A stretch of 64,000 nucleotides of DNA, from positions 192,001-256,000 of the forward strand of contig OZ241362.1 in the NCBI GenBank assembly GCA_965200315.1, written 5' to 3'. Within the stretch, counting starts at the first letter, position 1, and each line of letters begins with the position of its first letter. The DNA comes from Candidatus Latescibacterota bacterium. Lineage in GTDB: Bacteria; Latescibacterota; UBA2968; UBA8231. Of this stretch, positions 1 to 9,456 are shown piece after piece. The notes under the pieces are model-generated. The model saw only the letters and a list, made by a program, of their open reading frames with translations. It was not told the DNA's origin and did no database searches. A program made the translations under genes and the position numbers.

Positions 1-2
1 GC

Positions 3-233
3 TGGGGAATTGAAGCCGGCAGTGTGTATTGGCCGCCGTGTCATCTGACGCCGTTTTACCAGCGGGAACTCGGCTATGGCCCCGGGGATTTCCCCGTTGC
101 CGAGGCCGTGCTAGCGCAGGTCGTAACTCTGCCGATGTTCCCAAGCTTGAGCGACGAGGCCGTGGAAATGGTGTGCTGCGGTTTGGCGGAACTATTGGCA
201 GAGGAACAGGGAGATTGTCGTGGTGGTAAATAA
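3..233 (+). CDS. DegT/DnrJ/EryC1/StrS aminotransferase, C-terminal part (5'-truncated by window)
   Basis: Typical DegT C-terminus 'YWPPCHLTPFY...GDFPVAE...VVTLPMFPSLSDE'; frame open to window start. Confidence 0.85.
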   Translation, partial: WGIEAGSVYWPPCHLTPFYQRELGYGPGDFPVAEAVLAQVVTLPMFPSLSDEAVEMVCCGLAELLAEEQGDCRGGK

Positions 234-852
234 CCGAGTTTTGGTGCTCGCACCGCACACGGACGACGGCGAGCTTGGCTGCGGAGGGACGATCAGCCGC
301 ATGGTGGAGGAGGGACGCGAGGTGTACTACGCGGCCTTTTCCACGGCGGCCGAGTCGGTGCCGCCGCCCTTTCCGCCCGACATTCTGGAAAAGGAGGTGC
401 GGGAGGGCACGAAGGTCCTCGGAATTCCTCCGGCTAACCTGCTGGTCTATAAGTACAAAGTGCGCCACTTGCCCCACCTGCGCCAAGAAATCCTCGAAGA
501 GTTGGTGCGGATGAAAAGGGAAATTGACCCAACAACCGTGTTCTTGCCCAGTGCCCAAGACCTGCATCAAGATCACCAGACTATTCACATTGAGGGCCTG
601 CGCGCCTTTAAGACGGTCACCGTGCTCGGCTACGAGCTGCCGTGGAACAACTTGAGCTTTGACTACCGACATTTTTGCATACTCACCCGCGCACACGTGC
701 AGACCAAGATCGCTGCGCTGCGCTGCTACCAGTCGCAACAGCATCGTCCGTACACCCAAGAGGAGTTTATATGGAGTTGGGCGCGTACTAGGGGGGGGCA
801 GATTATGGTGGAATACGCCGAGGCGTTTGACGTGCTCAGGTGGGTGCGCTGA
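220..852 (+). CDS. PIG-L/LmbE family deacetylase
   Basis: 'LAPHTDDGELGCGGT' and 'DLHQDH' metal motifs. Confidence 0.9.
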   Translation: MVVNNRVLVLAPHTDDGELGCGGTISRMVEEGREVYYAAFSTAAESVPPPFPPDILEKEVREGTKVLGIPPANLLVYKYKVRHLPHLRQEILEELVRMKREIDPTTVFLPSAQDLHQDHQTIHIEGLRAFKTVTVLGYELPWNNLSFDYRHFCILTRAHVQTKIAALRCYQSQQHRPYTQEEFIWSWARTRGGQIMVEYAEAFDVLRWVR

Positions 853-1547
853 TGGGCCGGGTGCTGGCCGCGCACCAGCCCAATTTCCTGCCTTGGCTGG
901 GCTTGTTTCACAAGGTGGGGCAAGCCGACGTGTGGGTCTTGGCCGACGATGTGCAGTACAGCCGCGGCAGCCTGACCAACCGCAACCGCATTCGCACGAG
1001 CTCTGGCTGGCAGTGGCTGACTGTGCCAGTGCTGACGCGGGGCCGGAGCCGGCAGCGGATATGCGATGTGCAAATCCCGCCCGATGGCGATTGGCGCCGC
1101 AAGCACTGCGAGGCCCTGCGCTGGCACTACGGCCACGCGCCCTTTTTCGATGCGTACGCCCCAGCTATAGAGGACCTATACGCGGGTGCGTGGCCCCTGT
1201 TGCTCGACTTAAACGTGGCCCTGTTGCGCCACCTTTTGCAGCTGTTGGACTTGCAGGTCGAAGTCCGCTTTAGCTCGCAGATGGACCTGCGGGACGAGCG
1301 GACCTTGCGCTTGGTGGATATGACCAAGGCGTGCGACTGTCAGGTGTATCTTTCGGGGGGCGGGGCCTCAAAGGCGTACTTGGATGTGGAGGCATTTGCC
1401 GCGGAAGGCGTTGAATGTCGTTTTACCGAGTTTGAACACCCGGTGTACCCCCAGTGCCACGAGGGTTTTGTCGCCGAGATGTCGGTATTGGATTTGCTTT
1501 TTAATTGCGGCCCGCAAAGCCGGGAGGTGCTTTTTGGCCGCTCCTAA
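852..1547 (+). CDS. WbqC family protein
   Basis: 'HQPNFLPWLGLFHK...DDVQY...NRNRI' and 'MSVLDLLFN'; TGATG overlap with the upstream stop. Confidence 0.9.
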   Translation: MGRVLAAHQPNFLPWLGLFHKVGQADVWVLADDVQYSRGSLTNRNRIRTSSGWQWLTVPVLTRGRSRQRICDVQIPPDGDWRRKHCEALRWHYGHAPFFDAYAPAIEDLYAGAWPLLLDLNVALLRHLLQLLDLQVEVRFSSQMDLRDERTLRLVDMTKACDCQVYLSGGGASKAYLDVEAFAAEGVECRFTEFEHPVYPQCHEGFVAEMSVLDLLFNCGPQSREVLFGRS

Positions 1548-2691
1548 AGTGTACCACCTGACGAATGTCCACAGCCCGTTTGACGTGCGGATTTTCTACA
1601 AACAAGCGCAGACCTTGGCGCGGGCCGGATATGCGGTAACGGTGGTGGGGCCAGGGCCGGAGGAGTGGAATGGAGAGCGGGCTGGGGTGCGCGTGCAGAC
1701 CATACCAGTGGCGCGAGGGACTGGCCAGCGGATTTTGAACCTGTGGCGCTTGCTGTGCGTCGGGCTAGGTGCAAACGCCGCTTGCTTCCACTTCCACGAC
1801 CCCGAGCTGTTGCCGGTGGGCGCGGTGCTCAAGCTCTGCGGTCGCCGGGTCATCTACGACGTCCACGAGCACTTCCCACTGGTGGCGATGGTGCGGCCGT
1901 GGGTGCCCGAGCGGCTGCGGCGGCCCCTTGCGCGGTTGGTTGATTGGGGGGAACGTGCGATTGCTCGCTATCTTGTCACGGCCGTAGTCGGAGTGGTCGA
2001 GGAGCAAGGTGATCGCTTTGCCAGCCGCCCCTTTGCGGTGGTGAAAAACTACCCGCGCTTGGAGAGGTTTTCCCCCGGCGGCGAGTTGGGGCCTTGTGCG
2101 CTGGTCCACATTGGCTCACTATCCGAAGACCGAGGCGGGATGTTCCTGCTCGAAATCATGCGCGAGCTGGCCAAGACCCATCCACAGGCCCATCTCTTGA
2201 GCGTCGGGGCGTTTCACTCTCAGGAGCTGCGGGAGCGGTTCGAGTCCCGCCGGCGCGAGTGGGGGCTGGAAGAGCAGATTCACTACAGTGAAAAGCGCGT
2301 ACCGTACGACGAATTAGGGGCGGCTATCGCCGCGTGTCAGATCGGTTTGATTCCGGGGCAGATATCGCCCAAGAATTTGGCCTCTTTCGTGCCGACCAAA
2401 CTCTTTGAATACCTCGCCTGCGGCTTGCCCGTAGTCGCCAGTGATTTACCTTCCATACGTAGGTTTCTCGCGGTCGCGGATTGGGGACTGCTCGCCGACC
2501 CGTGCGACCCGGCCGCCCATGCGCGCGCCATCGGGTGCTTGCTCGACGACCCGGTGGCAGCGCAGGCCAAGGGAGCGCAAGCGCGGCGAGCCGCAGAAGA
2601 GTATTTTAACTGGGAGGCCGAAGGCGAGAAACTGTTAGCATTCTACGAGCGGATTGTACCGCGGAAAGGGATTGGGAAATGCGTTGGTTAG
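1534..2691 (+). CDS. Glycosyltransferase family 4
   Basis: 'H..FDVRIF', 'HFHDPEL', 'YDVHE', 'PTKLFEYLACGLPVV'; TTG start chosen behind GGAGG at 1523-1527. Confidence 0.85.
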   Translation: MAAPKVYHLTNVHSPFDVRIFYKQAQTLARAGYAVTVVGPGPEEWNGERAGVRVQTIPVARGTGQRILNLWRLLCVGLGANAACFHFHDPELLPVGAVLKLCGRRVIYDVHEHFPLVAMVRPWVPERLRRPLARLVDWGERAIARYLVTAVVGVVEEQGDRFASRPFAVVKNYPRLERFSPGGELGPCALVHIGSLSEDRGGMFLLEIMRELAKTHPQAHLLSVGAFHSQELRERFESRRREWGLEEQIHYSEKRVPYDELGAAIAACQIGLIPGQISPKNLASFVPTKLFEYLACGLPVVASDLPSIRRFLAVADWGLLADPCDPAAHARAIGCLLDDPVAAQAKGAQARRAAEEYFNWEAEGEKLLAFYERIVPRKGIGKCVG

Positions 2692-3491
2692 CAATAAGCC
2701 TCTTGGCCCTGTGCTGGGCCGGCGAGGTGTGGGCGGGGGCTTGGAGCCAGCCTCGCGGGGGCTACTACGCCAAGCTCTCGGGAATCCACTACTCGACCAC
2801 TGAGGTATTTGACGACATGGGCAAACGCGCTGCTATGGGCATGGACGACAACCGATTCCGCGCCCGCCAAGTCCTCGCCTACGGCGAGTACGGGTTGCGC
2901 GTGCGGTTGACATTGACCGGCCAAATTGGCGTGGGGCGGCTGGTGTCTGAGGATACCTTTGTCGAGCGCATCACTTGGGGGCTAGGCGACGTGCATCTCG
3001 GCGCGAAATACCAGCTCACCGAGGGCAGGCTAGTGTTGTCGCCGCAGGTCAATGTCGCGTTCCCCAGCGGGTACAACCGAGAGTACGACCCGGCCCTTGG
3101 CACTGGTTATTCCGAACAGGGAGCGCGGCTCTTGGCGGGGCTGTCGCTCTATCCGCTGCCGTTCTACGCGGGGGCCGAGGTAGGGTACAAGCTGCGCGGC
3201 GGCCCGTTTTCCAATCAGGCGTCCTATTTTGTCGAGCTAGGGGCTACGCCGCGTCCGTGGCTGTTCGCCAAGGGCTTTATCGCCAGTGTGTACACGCTCG
3301 CGGCGGATTCGGAGGGTGGGCTGGTCGGAGTAGTGCAGGTTTCGGAGGGAGATTTCGCCGAGGTAGGTGGCAATGTGGCCGTGCAGGTGGCCGGCCCGCT
3401 GTGGATCGACGTGTTGTGGAAATCGGTTTTCAAGGGCGAGAACATCGGGGCCGGATCGTCGTTGGGCCTAGGGCTAGCCCTCATTCGCTAA
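2679..3491 (+). CDS. Putative outer-membrane beta-barrel protein
   Basis: Signal peptide, 'AGAW..P.G' N-terminus, alternating amphipathic strands, 'GLGDVHLGAKYQL'. Confidence 0.6.
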   Translation: MRWLAISLLALCWAGEVWAGAWSQPRGGYYAKLSGIHYSTTEVFDDMGKRAAMGMDDNRFRARQVLAYGEYGLRVRLTLTGQIGVGRLVSEDTFVERITWGLGDVHLGAKYQLTEGRLVLSPQVNVAFPSGYNREYDPALGTGYSEQGARLLAGLSLYPLPFYAGAEVGYKLRGGPFSNQASYFVELGATPRPWLFAKGFIASVYTLAADSEGGLVGVVQVSEGDFAEVGGNVAVQVAGPLWIDVLWKSVFKGENIGAGSSLGLGLALIR

Positions 3492-3501
3492 AGGAGTCGT
3501 C

Positions 3502-4662
3502 ATGAACAGATCAACTAGGCGTCAGTTTCTCAAGTCGAGCGGGGCGGTTATCGCCACCGCGATCTTCCCCACTTGGGGTTGCGACGGCAACGAGGTGCGC
3601 TTCAAGAGCATGCCCACCGGGCCGGACATGGACATTATGGACTTGGACTTGGCGGAGATGCCCCCGGGCGAGATGGAAGAGATGATACCGCTGCCGCCGA
3701 TTACTTCCAATGCGCGGCACTATCTCCAGTCAATTAACGGGAAGAATTACGACCCGAAGCTCGTGGCCAATAGTTGGCGCTTGGTGGTGGATGGGTTGGT
3801 GGACCAGCCCCACGCGGGCTGGACGTACGCGGATATTACCGCGCTGCCCATACAGCGGCAGGTCTTGACCATGCAGTGCATTGGCAACTGGATCGGCGGG
3901 CCGTTGGTGGGCAATGCCGAGTGGGGCGGGACGCCGCTGTCTGAGGTGCTGAACATGGCCGGGATCAAGAGCGAGGCGATTCGGGTCAAGTTTTACAGCG
4001 TCGATGGCTATACCACGTCGATTCCACTGGATCGTGCGCTCCGCGACGAGGTGATCCTCGCTTGGGAAATGAACGGCGAGCCGCTACCCTCCAAGCACGG
4101 GTTTCCCCTGCGCTTGATAAACCCCGGGCACTACGGCCAGAAGATGCCCAAGTGGATCACTCGCATCGAGCTGATCGACGAAGTCTATCTCGGCTACTGG
4201 GAAAGCAAGCCCGAGAACAAGCCCTTCAAGTGGTCGGACGAGGCCGTGGCGACCATAAATTCGCGGATTGATGCGCCCCTTTCGGTCTGGGACGATGTGA
4301 AAGACCCGGCCAACGGCGGCGTTTCAGTAGTACTGCAAACTCTGCGCGGGGTCGAAGGCAGTTCTTTTATTATCCACGGAATCGCCATGGCCGGCGAGCG
4401 CACGGTCGAATCGGTCCGGGTTAGCACCAATGGCGGGCGGTCATGGAACGCAGCGCAGATTACCACGCAGCGCTTGCCCAACATTTGGGTCACGTGGGCC
4501 TACGAATGGAAATTGCCCGCGTCGGGCGAGTACGAAATCGTCGCGTGGGCAACGGATAGCGAGGGGGACTCCCAGCCGCGGACCGACGCTGGAGCCGATT
4601 TGTACGATGGCCGCACCGGCTGGCACCGCGTGCGGGTGAAGGTCGCTAGCAGAGCAGGGTAA
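3502..4662 (+). CDS. Tat-exported molybdopterin oxidoreductase, sulfite oxidase family
   Basis: RRQFLK Tat motif, 'TMQCIGN' Mo-ligating Cys, 'MNGEPLPSKHGFPLRL..PG.YG.K.PKW', C-terminal dimerisation domain. Confidence 0.85.
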   Translation: MNRSTRRQFLKSSGAVIATAIFPTWGCDGNEVRFKSMPTGPDMDIMDLDLAEMPPGEMEEMIPLPPITSNARHYLQSINGKNYDPKLVANSWRLVVDGLVDQPHAGWTYADITALPIQRQVLTMQCIGNWIGGPLVGNAEWGGTPLSEVLNMAGIKSEAIRVKFYSVDGYTTSIPLDRALRDEVILAWEMNGEPLPSKHGFPLRLINPGHYGQKMPKWITRIELIDEVYLGYWESKPENKPFKWSDEAVATINSRIDAPLSVWDDVKDPANGGVSVVLQTLRGVEGSSFIIHGIAMAGERTVESVRVSTNGGRSWNAAQITTQRLPNIWVTWAYEWKLPASGEYEIVAWATDSEGDSQPRTDAGADLYDGRTGWHRVRVKVASRAG

Positions 4663-4671
4663 GCGGCGCGT

Positions 4672-4962
4672 CTATTCTGAGGGGAACCAGTCTTGTATCT
4701 TGCTACAGATCGCGTGCGCCTGTGCGGCGCTTGACACCTCGAACTTGCTGCGCTGCGAAAAGGTGCCGTCGCGCTTCTGGTAGCGGCGAATGGATATTTT
4801 GCGCGGGCCGTACTCGCCGGTTTTGCGGTCGAGGTCTTGGTAGAGATACATAATCGTCGCCCAAGCGCCCTTGCTGAGCACTTCCTTGGCTACTTCTTTG
4901 CGCAAGACCTTGCCGTCTTCCTCGTACTGGATGGTGAGTTCGTCAATCGTTTCGTCGGCCAT
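4672..4962 (-). CDS. Conserved hypothetical protein (96 aa)
   Basis: Isolated ORF with protein-like composition, 'KEVLSKGAWATIMY...RRYQK'. Confidence 0.7.
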   Translation of the reverse strand: MADETIDELTIQYEEDGKVLRKEVAKEVLSKGAWATIMYLYQDLDRKTGEYGPRKISIRRYQKRDGTFSQRSKFEVSSAAQAHAICSKIQDWFPSE

Positions 4963-5080
4963 TGTTAAACACGTTGTGGATTAAAGGTTGGCGTGTGTCT
5001 GCTGTGCATTATCTATCAGATATTAATAAATACAGGATAACGGACAAGGGCTACGGGAGGGCGTAGCTCGAGAGCCTCTT

Positions 5081-8000
5081 ATGAAGCTGGACATTCAGGA
5101 CAAATTTCTACAGCGCGATGGCCGGGTCTTTCTCACGGGCATGGAGGCGATTGTGCGCCTCGTGCGCGAAAAACAGGAGCGCGATCAAGCCTCCGGCCAC
5201 GTCAACCAGACTTATTTCACCGGCTATGAGGGGTCGCCGCTGGGCGGGCTGGACCTGAAAATCGTCGCCCAACTCGAAATGCTCAACGAACTGGGGCGCA
5301 CGGTGCATCAGTTCGGCATCAACGAGAAAACCGCGGCTTCTGCCATCTTGGGCAGCCAATTTGCGGCCAGTGGGGACATAGATGCCTTCTGGTACGGCAA
5401 GGCACACGGCACGATGTGGATTCCCGACGAGGTGTGGCTGGCCAACCTCAGCGGTACGGGGGTACGCGGCGCGATGGTCCTGCTGTCGGGAGAAGATCAT
5501 CGCTCCAAGAGCTCGGTCTCGCCCGGGGCCAGCGATTGGGTGTTGCGCAGCAGCATGGTGCCGATTTTCTATCCGGCCAGTATCGAAGACGTCATTCGCT
5601 TGGGGCTGTACGCGGTTGCCTTGTCGCGCCACGCTGGCGTAGTAACCGCACTCAAGCTGGCAACGCCGGTGTGCGATGGCGCGAGCACGGTCGATTTGGC
5701 TTTTGTGCGGCCAGACATCGCCTTGCCCGAGCGCCCCTTTGCCAAGCGATTCAACCAGATCGTCATGGCTACGAGTGCCTTGCCCATGCAGCAGCAACTC
5801 GTGGAAGAAAAGTGGCCGTTGGTGGAGGCGTATATCCGCGCCAACGACCTCAACCGCCTAGTGGATGCGGACGCGGGCGGCGGAGTCGGCATCGTCGCTG
5901 TGGGCAAGAGCTACGCGGATGTGCGGCAGGCCCTCGACTATTTGGAGCTGCGCGTACCGGTGTTGCACCTTGCGGTGAGCTATCCGCTCGACTGCGAAAT
6001 TGTGCGCACCTTCGCCCGTGGACTGCGGCACATCTACGTGGTCGAGGAGCCAGGTCCTTTTGTCGAAGAGGGCGTCAAAGCCGCGCTGTGGGGAATGGAT
6101 GTGGAGGCCGTGTACGGCCAGTGGGACGAGGCCGGGCAGCCGCTGATCCCGGCGCACGGCGAAGTGGATCCCGAAGAATTAGCACTCAAGCTTGGCCCGC
6201 GTCTGGGGGCGGCTCCCGAGCGCCTCGCTGAGCTGCGGCGCGTGCTCGACCGCACCTACCCGGCCGTGCCCCGCGTCACGCCCATGTCCTGTGGCGGCTG
6301 TCCGTACAACAGCTTTCGCGACTTGCGCGAAAAGCCAGGCGGGGCCATTGGCTGTTCCTCCATTCGGGCGATTGAAGCCTACGACTCCGGCGTCCTCTAC
6401 ATCCCCACCATGGGGGCTGGTGGGTCCATTTACAGCGGCTGGGCCCCCTTCAACGGCAATCAGCACATCTACCAATACTTGGGAGACGGAAGCTATTTCC
6501 ACAGCGGCCGAGGCGCGATCCAAAGCTGCGTCCAAGGCGAGGTGAACATTACCTTTCTGCTGCTTTTTAACGGGGCGGTTGCGCTCACTGGCGGGCAGAC
6601 GCCCGGTGGACAGCGGCCGGTGTCGGATGTGGTACAGGAGCTTTTGGGGTTGGGGGTTGTGAAGGTGGGGATCGTCAGCGAGGACCCGGCGCGCTACCGC
6701 GACTTGGACGGGGAGCGGATCGAGGTTTTCGGCTTGGAGCGCCACGCCGAAGCGCTCGAGCAGTTTAAGGAAATCGCCGGGACGACCGTGCTCATCCTCG
6801 ACAAGGAATGCGCCACTGAGAAGGGCCGCCGTCGCCGCCGTCAAGGGTTGACGCCCGACGAATACGTGCTCATCGACGAGGCCATTTGCGAGGGCTGCGG
6901 CGACTGTTACGCCCAGTCCGAAGGATGCGCCGCGCTCTACAGCGTAGCGACCGAGTTCGGCGACAAGACACAGGTGCGGCAGGCCCAGTGCGCCCAAGAC
7001 GGGCTGTGCATTGACGGCGAGTGCCCGTCCTTTGTTGTGGTCAAGCCGGCCAAGGGCACGCGCTTGCGCCGCCGCCGCCCGGAGCCTTTGGACGAAATCC
7101 CCGAGCCGCCAGCGTACCCGCTGGACAAGCCATACGCGATTTTTGCCATGGGGCGGGGCGGGACCGGCGTGGTGACGATTTCTCATCTGATTGCGTACGC
7201 GGCCATGATGGAGGGCAAATACGTGTATTTGTCCAACAACACCGGCTTGGCGCAAAAGGGCGGGCCGGTGGAAGCGCCGATTGTGATAAGCGCGGCCGAG
7301 CAGCCTGTGTTCAACCGCCTCTTCCCCGGCGAAGTCGATCTGTACTTGGGTTTTGATCTGTTGAGGGCGGCCGAGCCGGACAACCTCAAATACGCCGCGC
7401 CCCAACGCACCCGCGCCCTCGTCAGCACCGCTGAAATCGCCAATGCGGAGATGAATCGCAACCCGCGTACGCAGCCTTTCCCCGAGGCGGCCCAACTGTG
7501 CGCCCTGATCGACCGCTGCACGAGCAAGGACAACATCTATCTCGATACCTACTGGCTGGCCGAGCAGCTCTTCTCGGATACCATTTTCGCCAATATGCTC
7601 CTGTTGGGTGCTGCGTATCAGGCCGGGGGGCTACCCCTACAAGCGGCCTCCATTGAGCGGGCCATCGTGCTCAACGGACAGGCCGTGGAAAACAACGTGC
7701 AGGCTTTTCGCTGGGGGCGCTTGGCCGTGGCCGATCCGGCGCGGGTGGAGCAGGCGTTGGGGACTCAGCAAGGGTCTGCGGATCAAAAATTATCCGAGGT
7801 GAAGGAGTGGCTGGCGCATGACGTGGCTGCTCGGGCGCTGCTCGACGAGGGCTTGGCGGAGCTGACGGGTTTGAATGCGGAGGGGCAGAAGGAGTTGGGG
7901 GTGCGGCTGGCCGAGCTGTGCGCGTATCAGGACGTCGCGTATGCCCGGCACTATTTGCGCTTTGTGCGCCAAGTGTGGGAAGTAGATCAGGGCTTGCCGC

Positions 8001-8503
8001 ACGGCTTGCAGCTCACGCGGGCCGTGGTGCGGGGCCTGTACAAACTGATGGCGTACAAAGATGAATACGAGGTCGCGCGGTTGGCCACGCACAACGGCAG
8101 CGAGGAGCGGCTGTGCGCCCTGTTCGACGGAGAGGTGGAAATCGTCCGGCAACTGCATCCGCCCACGTTGCGGCGTTTGCTCAAGGGCAAAATTGGCTTT
8201 GGCAAGGGCCTGCGTCCGGTACTGGTGCTGCTGAGCCGGCTGAAGGGATTGCGCGGGACCGCCTTCGACCTCTTCGGGCATACGGCGGCGAGGCGCTTGG
8301 AACGCGAACTGATTGGCTGGTATTGCGGGTTGATCGAAGAGGTCTTGCCGGCACTAGCCGCAGAAAGCTATGGGCTGGCCGTAGAAATCGCCGAGTTGCC
8401 GGACGGCATTCGCGGGTACGAGCAGGTAAAAGTGGCGTCGGCTATCCAAGCCAAGCAGCGGGCGGGGCGCTTGTTGGTGGAGTTGCGCGCGAAATATTCT
8501 TAA
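5081..8503 (+). CDS. Indolepyruvate:ferredoxin oxidoreductase, fused alpha/beta form
   Basis: 'GYEGSPLGG', 'GINE', TPP motif 'GDGSYFHSG', ferredoxin 'CEGCGDC', 'GLAQKGG', C-terminal 'KLMAYKDEYEVARL' and 'IRGYEQVK'. Confidence 0.9.
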   Translation: MKLDIQDKFLQRDGRVFLTGMEAIVRLVREKQERDQASGHVNQTYFTGYEGSPLGGLDLKIVAQLEMLNELGRTVHQFGINEKTAASAILGSQFAASGDIDAFWYGKAHGTMWIPDEVWLANLSGTGVRGAMVLLSGEDHRSKSSVSPGASDWVLRSSMVPIFYPASIEDVIRLGLYAVALSRHAGVVTALKLATPVCDGASTVDLAFVRPDIALPERPFAKRFNQIVMATSALPMQQQLVEEKWPLVEAYIRANDLNRLVDADAGGGVGIVAVGKSYADVRQALDYLELRVPVLHLAVSYPLDCEIVRTFARGLRHIYVVEEPGPFVEEGVKAALWGMDVEAVYGQWDEAGQPLIPAHGEVDPEELALKLGPRLGAAPERLAELRRVLDRTYPAVPRVTPMSCGGCPYNSFRDLREKPGGAIGCSSIRAIEAYDSGVLYIPTMGAGGSIYSGWAPFNGNQHIYQYLGDGSYFHSGRGAIQSCVQGEVNITFLLLFNGAVALTGGQTPGGQRPVSDVVQELLGLGVVKVGIVSEDPARYRDLDGERIEVFGLERHAEALEQFKEIAGTTVLILDKECATEKGRRRRRQGLTPDEYVLIDEAICEGCGDCYAQSEGCAALYSVATEFGDKTQVRQAQCAQDGLCIDGECPSFVVVKPAKGTRLRRRRPEPLDEIPEPPAYPLDKPYAIFAMGRGGTGVVTISHLIAYAAMMEGKYVYLSNNTGLAQKGGPVEAPIVISAAEQPVFNRLFPGEVDLYLGFDLLRAAEPDNLKYAAPQRTRALVSTAEIANAEMNRNPRTQPFPEAAQLCALIDRCTSKDNIYLDTYWLAEQLFSDTIFANMLLLGAAYQAGGLPLQAASIERAIVLNGQAVENNVQAFRWGRLAVADPARVEQALGTQQGSADQKLSEVKEWLAHDVAARALLDEGLAELTGLNAEGQKELGVRLAELCAYQDVAYARHYLRFVRQVWEVDQGLPHGLQLTRAVVRGLYKLMAYKDEYEVARLATHNGSEERLCALFDGEVEIVRQLHPPTLRRLLKGKIGFGKGLRPVLVLLSRLKGLRGTAFDLFGHTAARRLERELIGWYCGLIEEVLPALAAESYGLAVEIAELPDGIRGYEQVKVASAIQAKQRAGRLLVELRAKYS

Positions 8504-8556
8504 GAGGCTGTCTTCAGCAGTTCCCGCTACGTTGCTAATAAGTTAGGACGACTAAT

Positions 8557-8793
8557 ATGTCGCGGGCGAGGCATCCGAGAAAGGAAATTGAAGAGGCTCT
8601 ATTTAATGCAGAATCGGCAGGATGGACAGTCACTCCTACAAAATCTGGTCATCGGTGGGGTGTGATACGATGTGCGAAAGCCGGTCGTCTTGGATGTCAG
8701 CATTCCGTCTGGTCCACACCTTGAAATCCTCAGAATCATGCGCGGCATTTGCTGCGCATGGTAAATAAATGCCCGCACAGGAGTAAACCGTAA
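8557..8793 (+). pseudogene. HicA-like toxin with an internal TGA at 8722-8724
   Basis: Hand translation: MSRARHPRKEIEEAL...GW...GHRWG..RC...C..SVWSTP*NPQNHARHLLRMVNKC; absent from the ORF track; lies directly upstream of a HicB-like gene. Confidence 0.7.
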
Positions 8794-8805
8794 AAGGGAC
8801 ACAAA

Positions 8806-9093
8806 ATGCAAACCTACCACTTTACGCTGATTGTCGAGGGCCCCGACATGCAAGATGAGGTTATGATCGATGCCCTCTTTGAGAATGGCTGTGACGACGG
8901 AACTGTTGGCCGGTCAGATGGGGTTCAATTCATCGTTTTCGATCGCGAAGCGGCGAGTCCTGTCGAGGCGGTGCGGTCAGCGATCAACGACATTGAGCAC
9001 ACTCCAGGACTAAAGGTCATTAGGATTGCCGACCCCGATTTGATTTCTCATTACGGCATTACGGACTGCATCAAGGCGGATCATCCCGCTTGA
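8806..9093 (+). CDS. HicB-like antitoxin (N-terminal domain, no obvious HTH)
   Basis: 'YHFTLIV...IDALFENGCDD...FDREAAS..EAVRSAINDI'. Confidence 0.65.
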   Translation: MQTYHFTLIVEGPDMQDEVMIDALFENGCDDGTVGRSDGVQFIVFDREAASPVEAVRSAINDIEHTPGLKVIRIADPDLISHYGITDCIKADHPA

Positions 9094-9125
9094 CCAACAT
9101 GTAAAATCAGGAGAGGAGGTACTCT

Positions 9126-9420
9126 GTGCCTACGACCTTGAAACCAGAAATGGAAGCCCAAATCGAGGCGTTGGCGGAGCGGTTGGCTCTTACGGACCCC
9201 GATGCTCACGAGCAGGTGCTGAAAATGGTCTTGGATAACTTGGACGCAAAAGTTCCTCCACTGAGGCGTAAGATGACGCCGGAGGAGATCGCCGAGGAGA
9301 AGGCTCATTGGTTGGAGTTCGGTCGCCAGTTGCGTACGAAATATCCTTACGATGACGACCAATCCGCTGTCCAAAGTCTGGCGAGAGGAGCTATACGACG
9401 AGCAGGGGCTGCCAAAATGA
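9126..9420 (+). pseudogene. Frameshifted VapB-like (Rv0623-type) antitoxin
   Basis: AGGAGG RBS; skipping one base near 9360 gives NPLSKVWREELYDEQGLPK*, the typical C-terminus; ATGA overlap then starts 'MIA', a vapC-like stub. Confidence 0.6.
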
Positions 9421-9456
9421 TAGCCGCGCAGGGCATCAAGACTTTCTCGATGCGGT

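Noticed and set aside
6179-7495. Long antisense ORFs (also 30811-32022, 23325-24239, 49832-50854, 57970-58869, 62485-63948)
   Set aside because: Shadow frames of well-supported genes, as expected in high-GC DNA
8501-8520. TAA-GAGGCTGTC, resembling an IS end
   Set aside because: No partner inverted repeat or transposase was found
8722-8724. In-frame TGA as selenocysteine (a SelA-like gene is in the window)
   Set aside because: The position corresponds to Arg/Lys in the STPxN motif rather than Cys, and the 27310 protein looks DgaE-type rather than true SelA
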